From: Minutocellus sp. GHC0000111
Taxonomy: Eukaryota
DNA length: 64,000 bases
Assembly (NCBI GenBank): GCA_977018835.1
Contig: OZ361256.1
Coordinates: 1,426,001 to 1,490,000, forward strand
Reading direction: 5' to 3'
The notes beneath the pieces are model-generated. The model worked only from the letters and a program-made list of their open reading frames with translations. It had not been told where the DNA came from and did no database searches. Made by a program: the position numbers and the translations under genes. Positions 22,536 to 34,704 of the stretch are shown one piece after another; the stretch's first letter is position 1; each line of letters opens with the position of its first letter.

Positions 22536-23250
22536 ACGGCGTGCCTTTGGTTTTGGTGGCGATGACGGTACGTACGCGTTTAACTCGTTACGACTGTTCC
22601 TTTTTTTGTTCCGACAGTTCATGCCATTCTCACCTCCTCTTTACCTACCCAATACATTCTACTCAACTTCTGTTCTTGTGCAGGGCCATAGCCCGTGCTT
22701 GCTTCCACAACCAACCCCAGGGAATGCAAAAGTTCAACAAGACAACCGTCAAGACGTCCAACAAGATCATCCATCCGGCGGCACGTCGATTCGATGTATT
22801 GGATGCATCTCCGATCGACCGCGTCCGTTTGTTTGCGTTGTGTGGGTCGCTTTATTCGTGAGAATTAGTAGAATGTCATAAGGTAGATCGATGGGACGGA
22901 CTGCGGCAGCGTCGCTGGTTCTCACCGAAGGTTCCGATCGGATCGGTCCATGGTGGTAACCCGCGCTTCTTCAACTTCCGTGTTCACCTTCCTTTTCTGA
23001 GTTTGTTTATGCACGCAGCAGTAGATAGATAAATAAAGAGTAGGAAACGCCTTTGAAACATACACCCAATTCAATGTCAGCACCTACGTAGCTGGGTACG
23101 TCGTGTTGGCGCTTGCTACGTAGCAAGTCACTCGGCTTGACTGACTGGCGCATTGATTCACAGCGGAGGCTTTTCCCCGTTGATAGGCACGTGGCAACGG
23201 CACTTTAACAAGAGTTGTAAAGCGAATGGTAGCGGTGCGTCAAAATGGAA

Positions 23251-26240
23251 CTAGAATATTTTATAGAAGACTATTGATCTATATACAACATCTGTTAGAT
23301 TTGTGGACCATGAGCCCAACCATGAAACCGAAGAGAATAACAAAAAAAAAAGGAACGAAAGAGCAAACAGCATGAGAACAGTCTCGTCGTTGATGAAATT
23401 TAGTTTCGGCTTCAATCGAACGGCATTGGTATCATCAACGTCGTCGAAGAGCTGAGACGTCTCATCAACTACGCCATTGCCCTCGGTGCCGGCCGACTCC
23501 TCGTCGAGGGTGATCCCGGCCTCCTTGGTGTCGGTGCCAGTGCCGGTACCGGAGTTGCTCTTGGTCCAGTGCCCAAGACCATCGGCCCCGGTAGCACCCG
23601 TCGTACCATCCATACCGCCGGCCTTGGTCGAGTTGGCGCCGTCATTGGTGGAGATCCCGGGCTCCGCCTTGGTCAAATTGGACAAGGTACTGTTCCTGTT
23701 CACCTCGTCCTTGTCAGTACCGGAGTCGCTCTTGGAAAAGCCACCCACGTCGGCCTCGAACTCAGTGATACCGACAACGGTATGGTTGGGACCAACGAAC
23801 GAGTCGTCGATGGCGATGCCAGAGGAGTTGCTGCTACCGAAGGGCTGGGGCTGATCGTGGTCGTGACGATGATGTTGGAGTCGTTTCCAATCTCGGTACG
23901 AGTAGTTGCATTGAGGCCAGTAGTGTTGGAGACAGCGGTGGAGGGTTTGGTGGTCCTGAGGATTGCATCCCCCATCCTAGAAAAGAGCTCCGCTGACTTT
24001 GCCAGAACTAGGACACCTCCGTACGCGGTGTAAAACATAGCCGTTTCCAAGACACCGGTGAGGTTGATACTGGTGAGAGAAATGTTGTGGGTGCGAAGGA
24101 CCACGGTAGAATTGGGAGCGGTCGGAAGAAACAGACTGGCACCCTCGGTCAATCGCATCGCCGCCGTGGACAATCGATCGGCGACCTTCTCCCCCAGCGT
24201 GGTGATGATTCGGGTGACAGTACCGGGGGCATTGGCGTCCCAGGGGACTAGCTCGGTCGAGTTGGATATCTTATTCCCAGATAGCATCGCCCACAAATCT
24301 GACAAACTCTTCTCGGTGGCATTGCGAGCAAGATCGATGCCCTTCTCGATGGCAACCTTGGCGAAGAAGGGGGGTAGGATGGCCATGCAGAGGACAGTGA
24401 GGAGAATCTGCTGGAGGGCATTGGGCTCCCACTTCGTCGTCGCGTTGAAGAAGTCCGACAGATCGGAGGCGGAGGCACTGACTTTTGCCAGGACAGCGCC
24501 ATTGGTGCTGTCGGCCACCGTCACGGTGAGCTCGAGGTTGCCGATGGTGTATTCAGACGGATTCTGAAGTAACGAGGCCGTGGTATTGGCCACGAGCCCC
24601 TGGATGGCGACGTTGTGACGGCCGTCGGTGCTGCTGGCGTTGGACTTGGCGAGGACGGTGCCGTCGGAGGTGTTGGTGGCCGTCAAGGTGAAGGTGAGAC
24701 TATCGGTGCTTTTCCCAGAGAGTGCGGAGACAAACTTGGAAAGCTCTTGGGTGACATTGAGACTGCCCTTGATACTTGACTTGGACCCACTAAATTCCAT
24801 CACGGCATCATCCGCACGGCTGCCATCGTTCTCGAGAGTAGCCACGGCACTACTAGTCGTAGCCTCCGCCGCACCCTTCGTGACGATGAGATTGGCCTCG
24901 CCCTCCTTGGGGACAGTCTTGGGCTCGGACTGCTCGTCGTCGGTCCCGGCAGTCTCCTTCTTGAGGACGTTGGCATCACCCTCGTCCTTGGTGACGGCGG
25001 TCGTGGTATCGGGGATGGTTGGATTGGCCTTGGTAGTGTCGGGGCCGACGGCAGTGGTGGCCCCTTCCTCCTCGGTATTGACCTTGAACTCCAACTCGAA
25101 CTCGGTGGCGACGACCTTGGGGGTGGTCAAGTCGGCCAGGACGGGGGAGATAGTGGTGAGGGAGTTGGAGTTGGGGTCGGCCATGACGGGGTTCTCGCCG
25201 CTGACGAGGTCGGACTTCTTGAGGACGGGGCTGTCCTTATCCTTCTTGGGGACAGTCTCGGGCTTGGACTGCTCGTCGTTGGTATTGGCGATATTGGGGA
25301 CGATGATGCTACCGTCAGCCTCCATCATCTTGTCGTCGGCCTGCTGCTACTGCTGCTGGTCCTTGGCGGTCTTGATGATGGCATTCTCGTCAGTGGACGC
25401 GCCGGCCTGGACGGCACCGGAGGTGACGGCGGTGGCATTCTCGTCCTCCTTCTTCTCGTTGGCCTTGACGACCTTGGGCTCATCCTGGACCTGAAGCTCG
25501 TCCTTGTCGTTGGCCTGCTGCTGCTGGTCCTTGACGGGCTGCTTGTTTGTGGTGGTATCGGTGGGGGTGGGGACGATATTCGCTTCGTCGAGGACAGAGG
25601 TGACGGGACGGACGACGTCACCCTCCTCCTCATCCTCCTCCTTATCCTCCGCATTCTTCTCTGCATAGGACGCACCGCCCTCCGCAACGGCCGTCTTCTC
25701 CTCGGCGGACAGTCCGACATCGGCGCCAGGCACGGCCTCGGCGGCCGGTTCGACGTCCTCCTCTTTCGTCGTCATCTTCTTCTCCTCATCCTCCTGGACC
25801 ATCTTCTCCTGCTTCTTCGCCATCTCCTCCTCAACGCCGGGCGCGCCGTCCTCCTCGACGGACAGTCCGCCGCCGCATTGGCCGCTGCCTCCGAACGAAC
25901 CGACATCGGCATTCTTGTCAAACACGCCGGTATTGATACCGCCGGTCTTGGCCTTGCCGACGTCGAGGCTGGCGGCACCGCAGCCTAGGTCCACGTCGGA
26001 AGCACCGCCGACGTTGCTGACGGTGGATGTCAGGCCGGGAGTTTTGGCCGAAGACTCGAGGAACAACGCACCCGTCGGGTCCGGGGCAGGATCAGCCGTG
26101 GACGAACCGGCGGTTGCCGCCGGCGCCGGCTTGAGAATGCCGCTGCCGTCGGCACCCGAGACGGACGACGGGACGGCATCGGCGGTGGCCGCGCCGCTGA
26201 TGGTGGCAGCAGAGGCGAGGGCAACGGTGGTGATCTTCAT
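23251..26240 (-). CDS. Large secreted or cell-surface acidic Thr/Ala-rich protein, interrupted by one in-frame stop and one frameshift
   Basis: Signal peptide MKITTVALASAATISGAATA. A TAG inside a CAG run at 25349-25347 is followed by the same open frame. There is a frameshift near 23850 at a C-run. Internal repeats DEQSKPETVPK/DEQSEPKTVPK and TSDGTVLAKSNAS/STNGAVLAKVSAS. Confidence 0.65.
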
Positions 26241-29017
26241 GGTTGCTTGGTTGAAATAAATGCAGTTGGTACTGTTGATTGGTTGGTGGTTGGATTCTTC
26301 TTTGAGAAATAATGAATTCAATTCAGTGCGAGCGTGTCTGAGGCTCGAAATTTTTTTGACAAACGGCACTTTTCGTCGTGACGTCACGCCGACACCGGAG
26401 GGCCCATGGCGGCGCCCAACGCCATAATGATACGATGGGCGGCACCCACCGGCCCCGTCGGAAGGAGGACCGGCCGAGTCGATATCTGATTTGAGGTTGG
26501 CATATCTCTCGGGCTACTTTGGGAGCGAATGCGAGGCAGGGAGGCAAGGGGCAAACTGGTAATGACTCCACACGCAAACCATCGCCAAGTGCGAAGAAAA
26601 AAAATTGTCCAGACCGCGACTTTTCGGACCGCCGCAGTCAGGACCAACCCGGCCAAGGATCACTCGAACGAGTCAGTCCAGTCGAGGCACGAGGGTGGCT
26701 GCTGCTGGCCTGGTGCTTGACTTACCAATGGGTACTTCGGTGATAGGCGTCATATCACATCGCTCGTTTCGCGGCGTGATTGCAGGAGAAATGTGAATAT
26801 AAATATATATGATATAGGAATTTCCTAATGCCGGATCACCATCATCACCACAACCAGTCATCGGGCGTCGCTCGACGTGTCGAACTGGCTGAACTTACAT
26901 TTACCGGCCGGCCCGGTGCTTGACCGATTTCCGCCATCTCTCATATCGTCGCATCTATCTTGGACTGATGGCTTGACTTTCTGTTGGCGCCGATTCCTCG
27001 TCCAGACTGGCGTTGATTTCGCCGTACTCTTGAGTATATGCACAGTAATCATTTATGATCCCACAAAGCAGGTTATGTTATTCCGTTGCATTGATCGGTA
27101 ATGTAGATTCGCTGCTGCGGCATTGTGCCTGAGAGTTTATCGAAGCGTCGAAGCGCCAAATAGGAACTTAACACATTTCGAAAGGTCGATCGGCCACCTT
27201 CTTGTCCCAGCGATTAGACAACTACCTCCCTTCCTTTCGTGGCAAGACGTTTGACTCTACAATTCAGCAAATCCCGAAGTGGATAATCGTTTCTGATTCA
27301 TCGACGAAGACTAAAAGGAGCGAATCAGATTCGATTCGCATATTCTGATATAATCTTCGTTCGGGCGTGTCGAAAAGACAGACGATGACTCCTGACCTGC
27401 CATTAATCACTGCCCCTAAGAAAATGATGCAAAAGGACAGCAAGATGGGGGGAAATCGTGGGCTTTCTCAAGCAAAATCATTCCTATGCTGTCAATCTAC
27501 ACATAAATGTAGCATAAATGGTGCTAAACGAAATGCACTACCCCTGCTTACGCTGTGGTCGTCCGCCAACGAACTTTTCTTCGGTAGCTACGGTAGAATA
27601 CATGTCTGCAAATGCGAATATTCTCTTCTTTACTTGCGCATTAGGCCATGGCAAATGGCACGAGTATCGGGCCATCTCATCGAAAGATCTTCAATCTGAA
27701 CTGTTGATATATATTAGCAGCAGACAGTCATATCTTTCAGGTATATCTCTACGCAAGTAGTCTTCCTCGCAACTGATTCTTCGAGCACAGCGATCGATGT
27801 TTGTACTTTGCTCTTGCTTTGGGTATAGCGACAGAAATACTCAACTCTTTTCACCGATATAACATGTTCTCATAATATCTCGACAACACCGACGAGTAAG
27901 AAGTGCCCAGAGCACAACGGCCGCCGTCCTGGGAAACAATTGGCTGAACGAGTGGTCTTTGTAGCCTATTTTGGTCGTATCTGATATCTTTTGTCTTGTT
28001 TTCGTTTTGCCATCGGCATAGAATCAAAGTCGAGTAGCGTCAAGAAATTGGAGAGTATCGTAGATGGCATATCGCTCGCCGGGTCATGGCTCAATCTAAA
28101 GTGATCGAATCAGCTGGAATATATGCCTTGGCTGAAGAACCGAATGTCATCATATATTTGTGAGAAAAAAATCGTCAGCTTGGTACATTCTTGCCACGGC
28201 CACCATACCAGACAGTCGCCCTGGCGGAGAGATGCGATGCGCATGAACGCACGTGTATGGCCAAATCCCACACCACATGCACGAAACGACTTCATACTAC
28301 TATCCTGCAGCATACCACAAAAGCATCTTCATCCGAGCTCTACTTTTCTGGCTGTACGGTTTTCTTTCTGTGGCGTGTCACACAGAGAACTGGCGGTTGT
28401 CTGAAGGTTGAGGAACCAAAACGAGAAATTTACCATTCTACCATTTCATTTACAAAGCAAAAAGGAGCAATCGCTTGGCTGCTCATCCTTTTGCCTCTCA
28501 CTCGCTGCTGCCCTGCCTCGAGAGAGGCTGAGAGCAGGTTGTGAAGCTTTCCTCCATGCAATCTCTGACTTCAACCTCACGGGTACTCCCGAAATTCATA
28601 CTTTTTCTCAATTTGGATCATTTTTCGACTGGAGGAGTCTAAAAGACACCCGGTCCCGCCACGCCAATAGCACAAAGAATTCATCGCCAGTGGCCCTGAA
28701 AACCTCCATCCTGCAAGAAGAAGACTCTCGGAGCGAGCGCTGATCAAACGGAACAAGTGAAAGTAATCGCACCATCGATCGACAAAAAGCAGCAACTATC
28801 TCAATGCCAAGGAGATTTTGCAATCGAGCATTTTTCCGTGCCAGCAATCGCCTTTCGGATTAGTCACGGCGGGAGTTTGGCACGATCCTTGCCAACGTCC
28901 TACCCTCGTGCGTCAGTGCACAAGCAAGATTCCATCGCATCCATCCAAGAAGTAGAATAATCAATCGCCGAGCATCGCGAAACGTGACAAGACTCTAGAC
29001 TGCAAGATAGAAGAGAG

Positions 29018-30769
29018 ATGGCGGCGGATCAGTACTACGTTAGCCTGGCGGACAGCTTCGGTGACGTGCTGGAAGACCTCGCCATCGAAATTACGACGGA
29101 GGATCGGTCTATATCAAATATCAAAACAACACCCGCCACCGCCAGCGACAAAAAGTGCAAGAGCAGCCCGCTACAGTTTGCCCTCGACACTGCATCGCCT
29201 CGAAAGAAACAAAAGATGTTTGGTAGTAATAACGCGAGCACTCACACTGTTCGGCCAGATGCTGACACGACTTCCAATGCCAGTGCCAGAAGGGGAGGAG
29301 GGAAATGGCAAAAGCTTCGCAGCTCCGTCCAGCGCAAGATGACGGAAATTCAAGATGAGAAGAAGCAAATACTTTCTATTGGGTCTCGGATATCTTCCGG
29401 CAGAATCAATATTACCGCTGGTGCCAATGATGGGCCCGACGTGACCACCAATGCCGCCATCGCCTTCCATCTCAGGGCTCAAGAGGAGGAACAATTCCAG
29501 CAGGTTCTGCTGGTCAAGAGCAATTCCACATGCAGCAGCACTAGCACCGATGGTAGCGCATCGACTGATGAGGGTCGCCAAAGTACGGAAAATTGTCAAC
29601 GTCGACACTACGACGAGGAACGATACACCGACGATATCATCGATGAACTACTTTCTCCAATTGAGGAGGGCGAAGAAGATGAGGATAATCTCACCTTTTC
29701 CTCCTCGGAAGAAGGTGCTGACAGTTCATCATCGAAGACACCCCGTCAAGGTTTCAATTATTCCACGAGGCAATTCAATGGAACAAGCCTTCGTTCGCAA
29801 CTCGAGGACGCATTCTTCGCCTTGGATATCGCCAACAAGGAGAAGAAGGTCCTTCAGGGGCAGGTCGATGCCATGTCCTTCAAGCTTGGAAAACTGCGCA
29901 AGGTCATCCAGCAACGATCGATGGAAAATTCCAAGCTCAACATGATCCTCGACAGCAAGAATGCATCCCTCGAGAAGCAGAACAAACAGCTTGGCATACT
30001 CGACCGTGCACTGAAACAGAGCCAAGAAAAGAACGAGAAGCTGGAGAGAGAAATTCAGCAATTGCGCCGGCAACTATCGACTGCGCCATCGAGGAGAAGC
30101 AGCCTCTCTGGCTCTCCGTCTGATACTAGTGGCACTTTCGCCAGCGCGAGCATTGGCGCATCTGCCTCGGTCAGGGAACGCGTGTCGGTGTTTGCATCGT
30201 CCCCCATGAAACTTGGCGCTGATTCCAGTGCAAGTGGCAATCCGTCCAAACCAAGCGTGGCCAATGCGTTCAAAGAGAAAACGCGTTTCTTCAGCACGCA
30301 GTCGTCATCGTTGGACGCTAAACAGAAATATATGAAATTATCGAGCCCGGACCAACAGATAAGAAAGGTCTTTTCGCCAAATGCAAGCTGCAGCAGCTCC
30401 ATCAACTCCAAGAGCAGTATGAAAACAGAGAGTACCGTCGAAGCCTCTCCACCTGACGAAAGTTTCATCTCTGTAATGGCCAAGAAATTCAGCGACCTAC
30501 AAGTGAAGGCGGGCGACAAGGAGGATAGTAGTATGGCGAGGAATGAGCTTGAGGCAATCCGTCAGAATCATCTGCAAGGTAAGGTCCAAGGATCCAAGAG
30601 CAGTCTCGAATTCGCCTTCACGCACCCTCCAAAGACGCCAAAAACTCCCGTGGCGGAAACGAACGATGGAAGTGTCCTCACGGGTACCTTTTTCAGTCCT
30701 CTTAGAGCTCGGATCGATCTCCTCGGTCTGGAATCATCGTGCACAGGAGGTGGGCCACAAGCGGAGTAG
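29018..30769 (+). CDS. Ser-rich hypothetical protein with a central coiled coil
   Basis: 583-aa uninterrupted ORF with heptads LRSQLEDAFFALDIANKEKKVLQGQV...LEREIQQLRRQL. Confidence 0.8.
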   Translation: MAADQYYVSLADSFGDVLEDLAIEITTEDRSISNIKTTPATASDKKCKSSPLQFALDTASPRKKQKMFGSNNASTHTVRPDADTTSNASARRGGGKWQKLRSSVQRKMTEIQDEKKQILSIGSRISSGRINITAGANDGPDVTTNAAIAFHLRAQEEEQFQQVLLVKSNSTCSSTSTDGSASTDEGRQSTENCQRRHYDEERYTDDIIDELLSPIEEGEEDEDNLTFSSSEEGADSSSSKTPRQGFNYSTRQFNGTSLRSQLEDAFFALDIANKEKKVLQGQVDAMSFKLGKLRKVIQQRSMENSKLNMILDSKNASLEKQNKQLGILDRALKQSQEKNEKLEREIQQLRRQLSTAPSRRSSLSGSPSDTSGTFASASIGASASVRERVSVFASSPMKLGADSSASGNPSKPSVANAFKEKTRFFSTQSSSLDAKQKYMKLSSPDQQIRKVFSPNASCSSSINSKSSMKTESTVEASPPDESFISVMAKKFSDLQVKAGDKEDSSMARNELEAIRQNHLQGKVQGSKSSLEFAFTHPPKTPKTPVAETNDGSVLTGTFFSPLRARIDLLGLESSCTGGGPQAE

Positions 30770-31139
30770 CCAGTAATACGTACCGGTAAGCCGAAGGTCT
30801 GATGGTGATGATGATGATGATAATGACGATGCCAGTGTTGAAGGTAAAGAGAAAAAAATCTATAACGCATAATCCATAATATTTATCCAACTTTTACGGT
30901 AACGGAATATCTACCAAGTTTTGGCTGGCATTTCTAGACTCTACGGCCGCTTCCATGTCGAGGAAGGGCCATGGTTGGGCGGTTCGCCTTGTGCCCAGCA
31001 GCGGTTTTTTGTGATGCGACTTCCGATATGCAGGCAGGAAGTGAAAAGCCCTCCGGCTACTTTCAATTTGGACCTTGCTTCCAACCTTCTCCTCCGCCCA
31101 TAATAATTCTTGACCTGCGAGCGAATTGATTCACAAAAG

Positions 31140-31847
31140 ATGCGAAGGATTCGTTTCGCCCTAATACTGCTCGCTCTGCAAAGCTGCTTAGTGGACAGTT
31201 CTCTCATCGAGCGAACCAAGCATATCTTTACACCGGCAAGTGCCCTTGCCAAGACCAAATCGAAATCTTGTGCCGATGTTCTGTCGTCGTCATCTGCTGC
31301 CATTGACGCACAGAACGAGTGTCGCCATCTGCTCCAGGGATATGATCTCTTGGGTACCATACTGGGTGGTCAGGGCCATGGTTGGATGCTGCCCTATCTG
31401 CGCATCCTCACCTTCTCGTCCCGTCCCGTCGACGACGTCAAGCACATGGCACGAAAGATATCGATATCGGGCACCGAACGACGACGGCAATTGCGAGAAT
31501 TGCGGCGATTATCACCAGACGTATCGGCCAAATTCGTGGCACCAAAGGCACAGCAGGAAAATCCATTCGGCAAGGTGATTGGGAATGTCATGGCGTATTC
31601 GATTGTGGGTGATTTAATCGATCGGTCGACGGACTTTGATTTGAATTGGGTGTTGTTGCAAATATCCACCACGAGAATGATTGCAGCCACCGCCAAGGCC
31701 ATGATGAGCTTTGAAGTGAATACAGAGAGGAGAACTTGGCTGAAGGAGGTTGCAAAGGAATATTCGGATATGAGGAATGAATTGAGAGAGGTCATCAAGG
31801 CCTACATTCGGGGAGAGGGATCGGCCAGCAAAAGTGTGGGGAGATAG
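31140..31847 (+). CDS. Hypothetical protein with a signal peptide
   Basis: ORF from MRRIRFALILLALQSCLVDS. No recognised domain. Confidence 0.55.
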   Translation: MRRIRFALILLALQSCLVDSSLIERTKHIFTPASALAKTKSKSCADVLSSSSAAIDAQNECRHLLQGYDLLGTILGGQGHGWMLPYLRILTFSSRPVDDVKHMARKISISGTERRRQLRELRRLSPDVSAKFVAPKAQQENPFGKVIGNVMAYSIVGDLIDRSTDFDLNWVLLQISTTRMIAATAKAMMSFEVNTERRTWLKEVAKEYSDMRNELREVIKAYIRGEGSASKSVGR

Positions 31848-31946
31848 CGCATTACCGGGCAATCGGACGGTATAAGCAAGTTGCAGTTGGTGCCACTCAA
31901 CCCCGACGTGCGAATATTGCCACGAACTTGCCGTCTCAAAAAAGGA

Positions 31947-32545
31947 TGAGAAAACTGTTGCCAAGCTTTGAGCCGGATGCCGATGGGAAAGGAGCATCTT
32001 CGGCAGATGATGGCTATTATGATATGGATGAATCGGGGATTGCGCTTGACGAGAACAGTAAGTTATACCGATTGCTCTTGCCTTGGTGTCCAATGTCGAT
32101 CCGTCGATTGATCCATCGTAAGCTACAACTTACAGGTCTCTCCTTCGTTTTGCTCGGCGGATCTTCTGCCCTCATTGCATCGCCCTATGCCATACCGGTC
32201 TTTACCAGCATCTTGGCCTACCTTGCCACGAGTTGCGATCCGATCCTCGGTATCATATTACTGTTTACCTAAACGCTCGAGTATTCCAATCCGCTGCTGG
32301 TCATTAGAGCCACCGGGGGCAGCCTATTGTTGCCGATGCTCAGACGGCAGCTGCAGCCGACGATGATGCCGAGGGTGGCGATGGTGGTGGAGGAGTAATG
32401 AGCCTTGGCCAATGTTGGTCGATCCGTCTAACTGCGAACGGTGTCTGTCTTGATCTTTGTCTGGTACGGTACGACGGGCTTCTTAGTGGGGTCCTTTATC
32501 GGTGATCCCTCGTCGGTTGCCTTGGTGGGAGTGATATTGGATTGA
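31947..32545 (+). pseudogene. ccdA: Degenerate C-terminal half of cytochrome c biogenesis protein CcdA
   Basis: LLGGSSALIASPYAIPVFTSILAYLATSCDPILGIILLFT*TLEYSNPLLVIRATGG parallels the CcdA pattern (ALAASPCSTPVLATLL.Y.A...DP..G..LL..YT.GY..PLL). The catalytic Cys is replaced by Tyr, with an in-frame TAA and later frameshifts. Confidence 0.7.
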
Positions 32546-34704
32546 CTTGAGCAGCCACGGGAGTAGCGAGGGTATGAATGAGAAGGAGGAATGGTGGTGA
32601 TGAAGAAATAGTAGCTGTTGTCGTTGCTAAGAGTGAGGAGTTTATTCAATTCATTGTTAGTACTATTCATAGCTACTATTCGTTCTAAACCATATGGTGG
32701 GCGTTGCGATTTGGCAGGGACAGCCGAGCGGGATCGACACCGCTGCCAGACTTCCTCTCGTTCTTATCCGTATGAATTCTCCTCTCTCTCTCTCTCCCTT
32801 GCAAAATAATGGTGGCAACCGGTGAGTGGCTGGCGAATTAGCGACGGCGAATCCTGAAAAACGGGAAGAGTAAATAATGGCACAATATCCAAGTGAAGAA
32901 GTAGCAAAGACCATAGACAACTACGTAGACAAGCCCTCGCACTGCCAGGTACTCGACGTGCTCGAGCCTCGCGACACGCTTCGTGAGAGCAGAGAAGGCA
33001 GCGCTGCTGTCGCAGGAGCAGATGGAATCAGTGAGGTAACTCATGGTTCAGATAAAGAGAAGCAGTACGTTTCGGGTATTGGTGGTTGGTCGGTTGTTGG
33101 ATTTGTGAGCCGGGCTGGCAGTGTGGGAGCGTGACTGAGAAAGAAAAAGGCAACGGGCGGGGCGGGGCGCCATGGCGCCGAGCAAGAATGGGCCGCCCAG
33201 CACAACGAACAATACGAATCATTGTTTCAGCTGCATAGTCGAGAATGACTATTGAGCGGCAATAAAGGTCCATCACCCCTACCGGCTGGGGGGCATCAAC
33301 GTCATCACTTGGTCCTTGCTTCTGCTTCTCGCCATCACGCACGGCCGCAGCAGCAGCAGCAGCACGCACCCAGAGATCTTTCCTTTGACTTTTTTCCTCC
33401 GCCGACAAAGATTTCTTCCTTTTGGTTCATTTCCCTTCCAAGTTTTCACTTTGCAGCATTCGGTCTTTGACAAAAACACGCAATCGCCACATAGGCCTTT
33501 TACGTACTCGGTACTAGTATGCTTGCTCGCCCCTTTCGTTACCATGGCGCATCCCTCCGAAAAGTAAGAGTAGTAGCACGGCGGGGATAATAGGAACAGA
33601 GGGCGGTACTCGAACACCTTTGGAGGATTGCGTATCTCGTGCGGCCGATATCATGGCATGACCGTTGATGTATCCCCAAGGCCCTCAAGCGTTCTACTTG
33701 TCGAGCATCGCCTTCAGTCGTTACACGCCCGCCACGTCCGTGCGTCCGTGTCCCTTCACCACCCTCCTCCGCTCCAACCAATGTGGCACCGCCATTGCAT
33801 GATTTGAATCCAGACCATCGACCCTTCGCACTCAATAGCCTATTCTAGAATAAGAATTATTGCGTTTTGTGACCGTCCGGCACGCAGCAACACTTTCAAC
33901 ACACGCAATGCCGACTGTTTTCTTCCGCATGTGAAGTGGAAATTTGATAGTGGACCACCCGCACCAATAGAACGATGGTGAATTCGACCATTTGAAGGAC
34001 CTAGGAGACCGCTGTACAATCACCGAACAAGGATGTGCAACATCGGTGCGATCTCCCGGGCTCCTACTTGTGAAGTAGCCTGCGCGGTAATGACCTGTCG
34101 TGCGCAACGTCCCTTGTGAAGGTTGAGAACCGGCAGATATCTGGAAGCGGTTCGTTCACATGTGAATTCATCCAGCCTGTGGTTGCATTCTTTGAATCTA
34201 TAATGTGGACGCATGGGGCCGAGGAATCGCAGTCCATTGTGGAATCGGGTTGCGAACAAGGCAGCTGTGGCTGATGCAACTACTATTTACAATTGTACAG
34301 CTCCAGGAGGCTGAAATCTGGCCTGGAATTGGATCATTTGGTACCGACAATGTGGTTGCGACGATATTTTCGAGAGTTTCATCTTTTCTACTAGCTGGTT
34401 GCATATATTAAAGCTTTAGAAGTGGTCCGGTGGTGAAGAAAATAGGCAAGTATCATGTCCTGTTGGTGCATGTGGAATGTTTTGATGAGACGGGCAGGAA
34501 GCGGAGGCGCCTCGATGGAGACATGGAATTGATACTATTCGTCTCATGCATGCAAACTCGCGAATACTTCCATGCGGTTGCCTCCCTGCGATATATACCT
34601 TTCGGTTTCTCGTGGGTTTCATCGGGTTGCTGCGAGTGATGGACTTCAATTTATTGATTGGGTTCAATTTTAATGTGGCACCAGCCAAATTGCAGCAAGT
34701 CAAC

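Noticed and set aside
18114..25349. TAG reassigned to Gln (two in-frame TAGs at Gln-like positions)
   Set aside because: Myosin and the ORFs ending at 22535, 30769 and 31847 terminate in TAG. Two CAG->TAG transitions are the simpler explanation.
26860..28960. Hidden gene or element in the long ORF-poor interval
   Set aside because: No recognisable protein motif, TIR pair or in-window homology found by eye.
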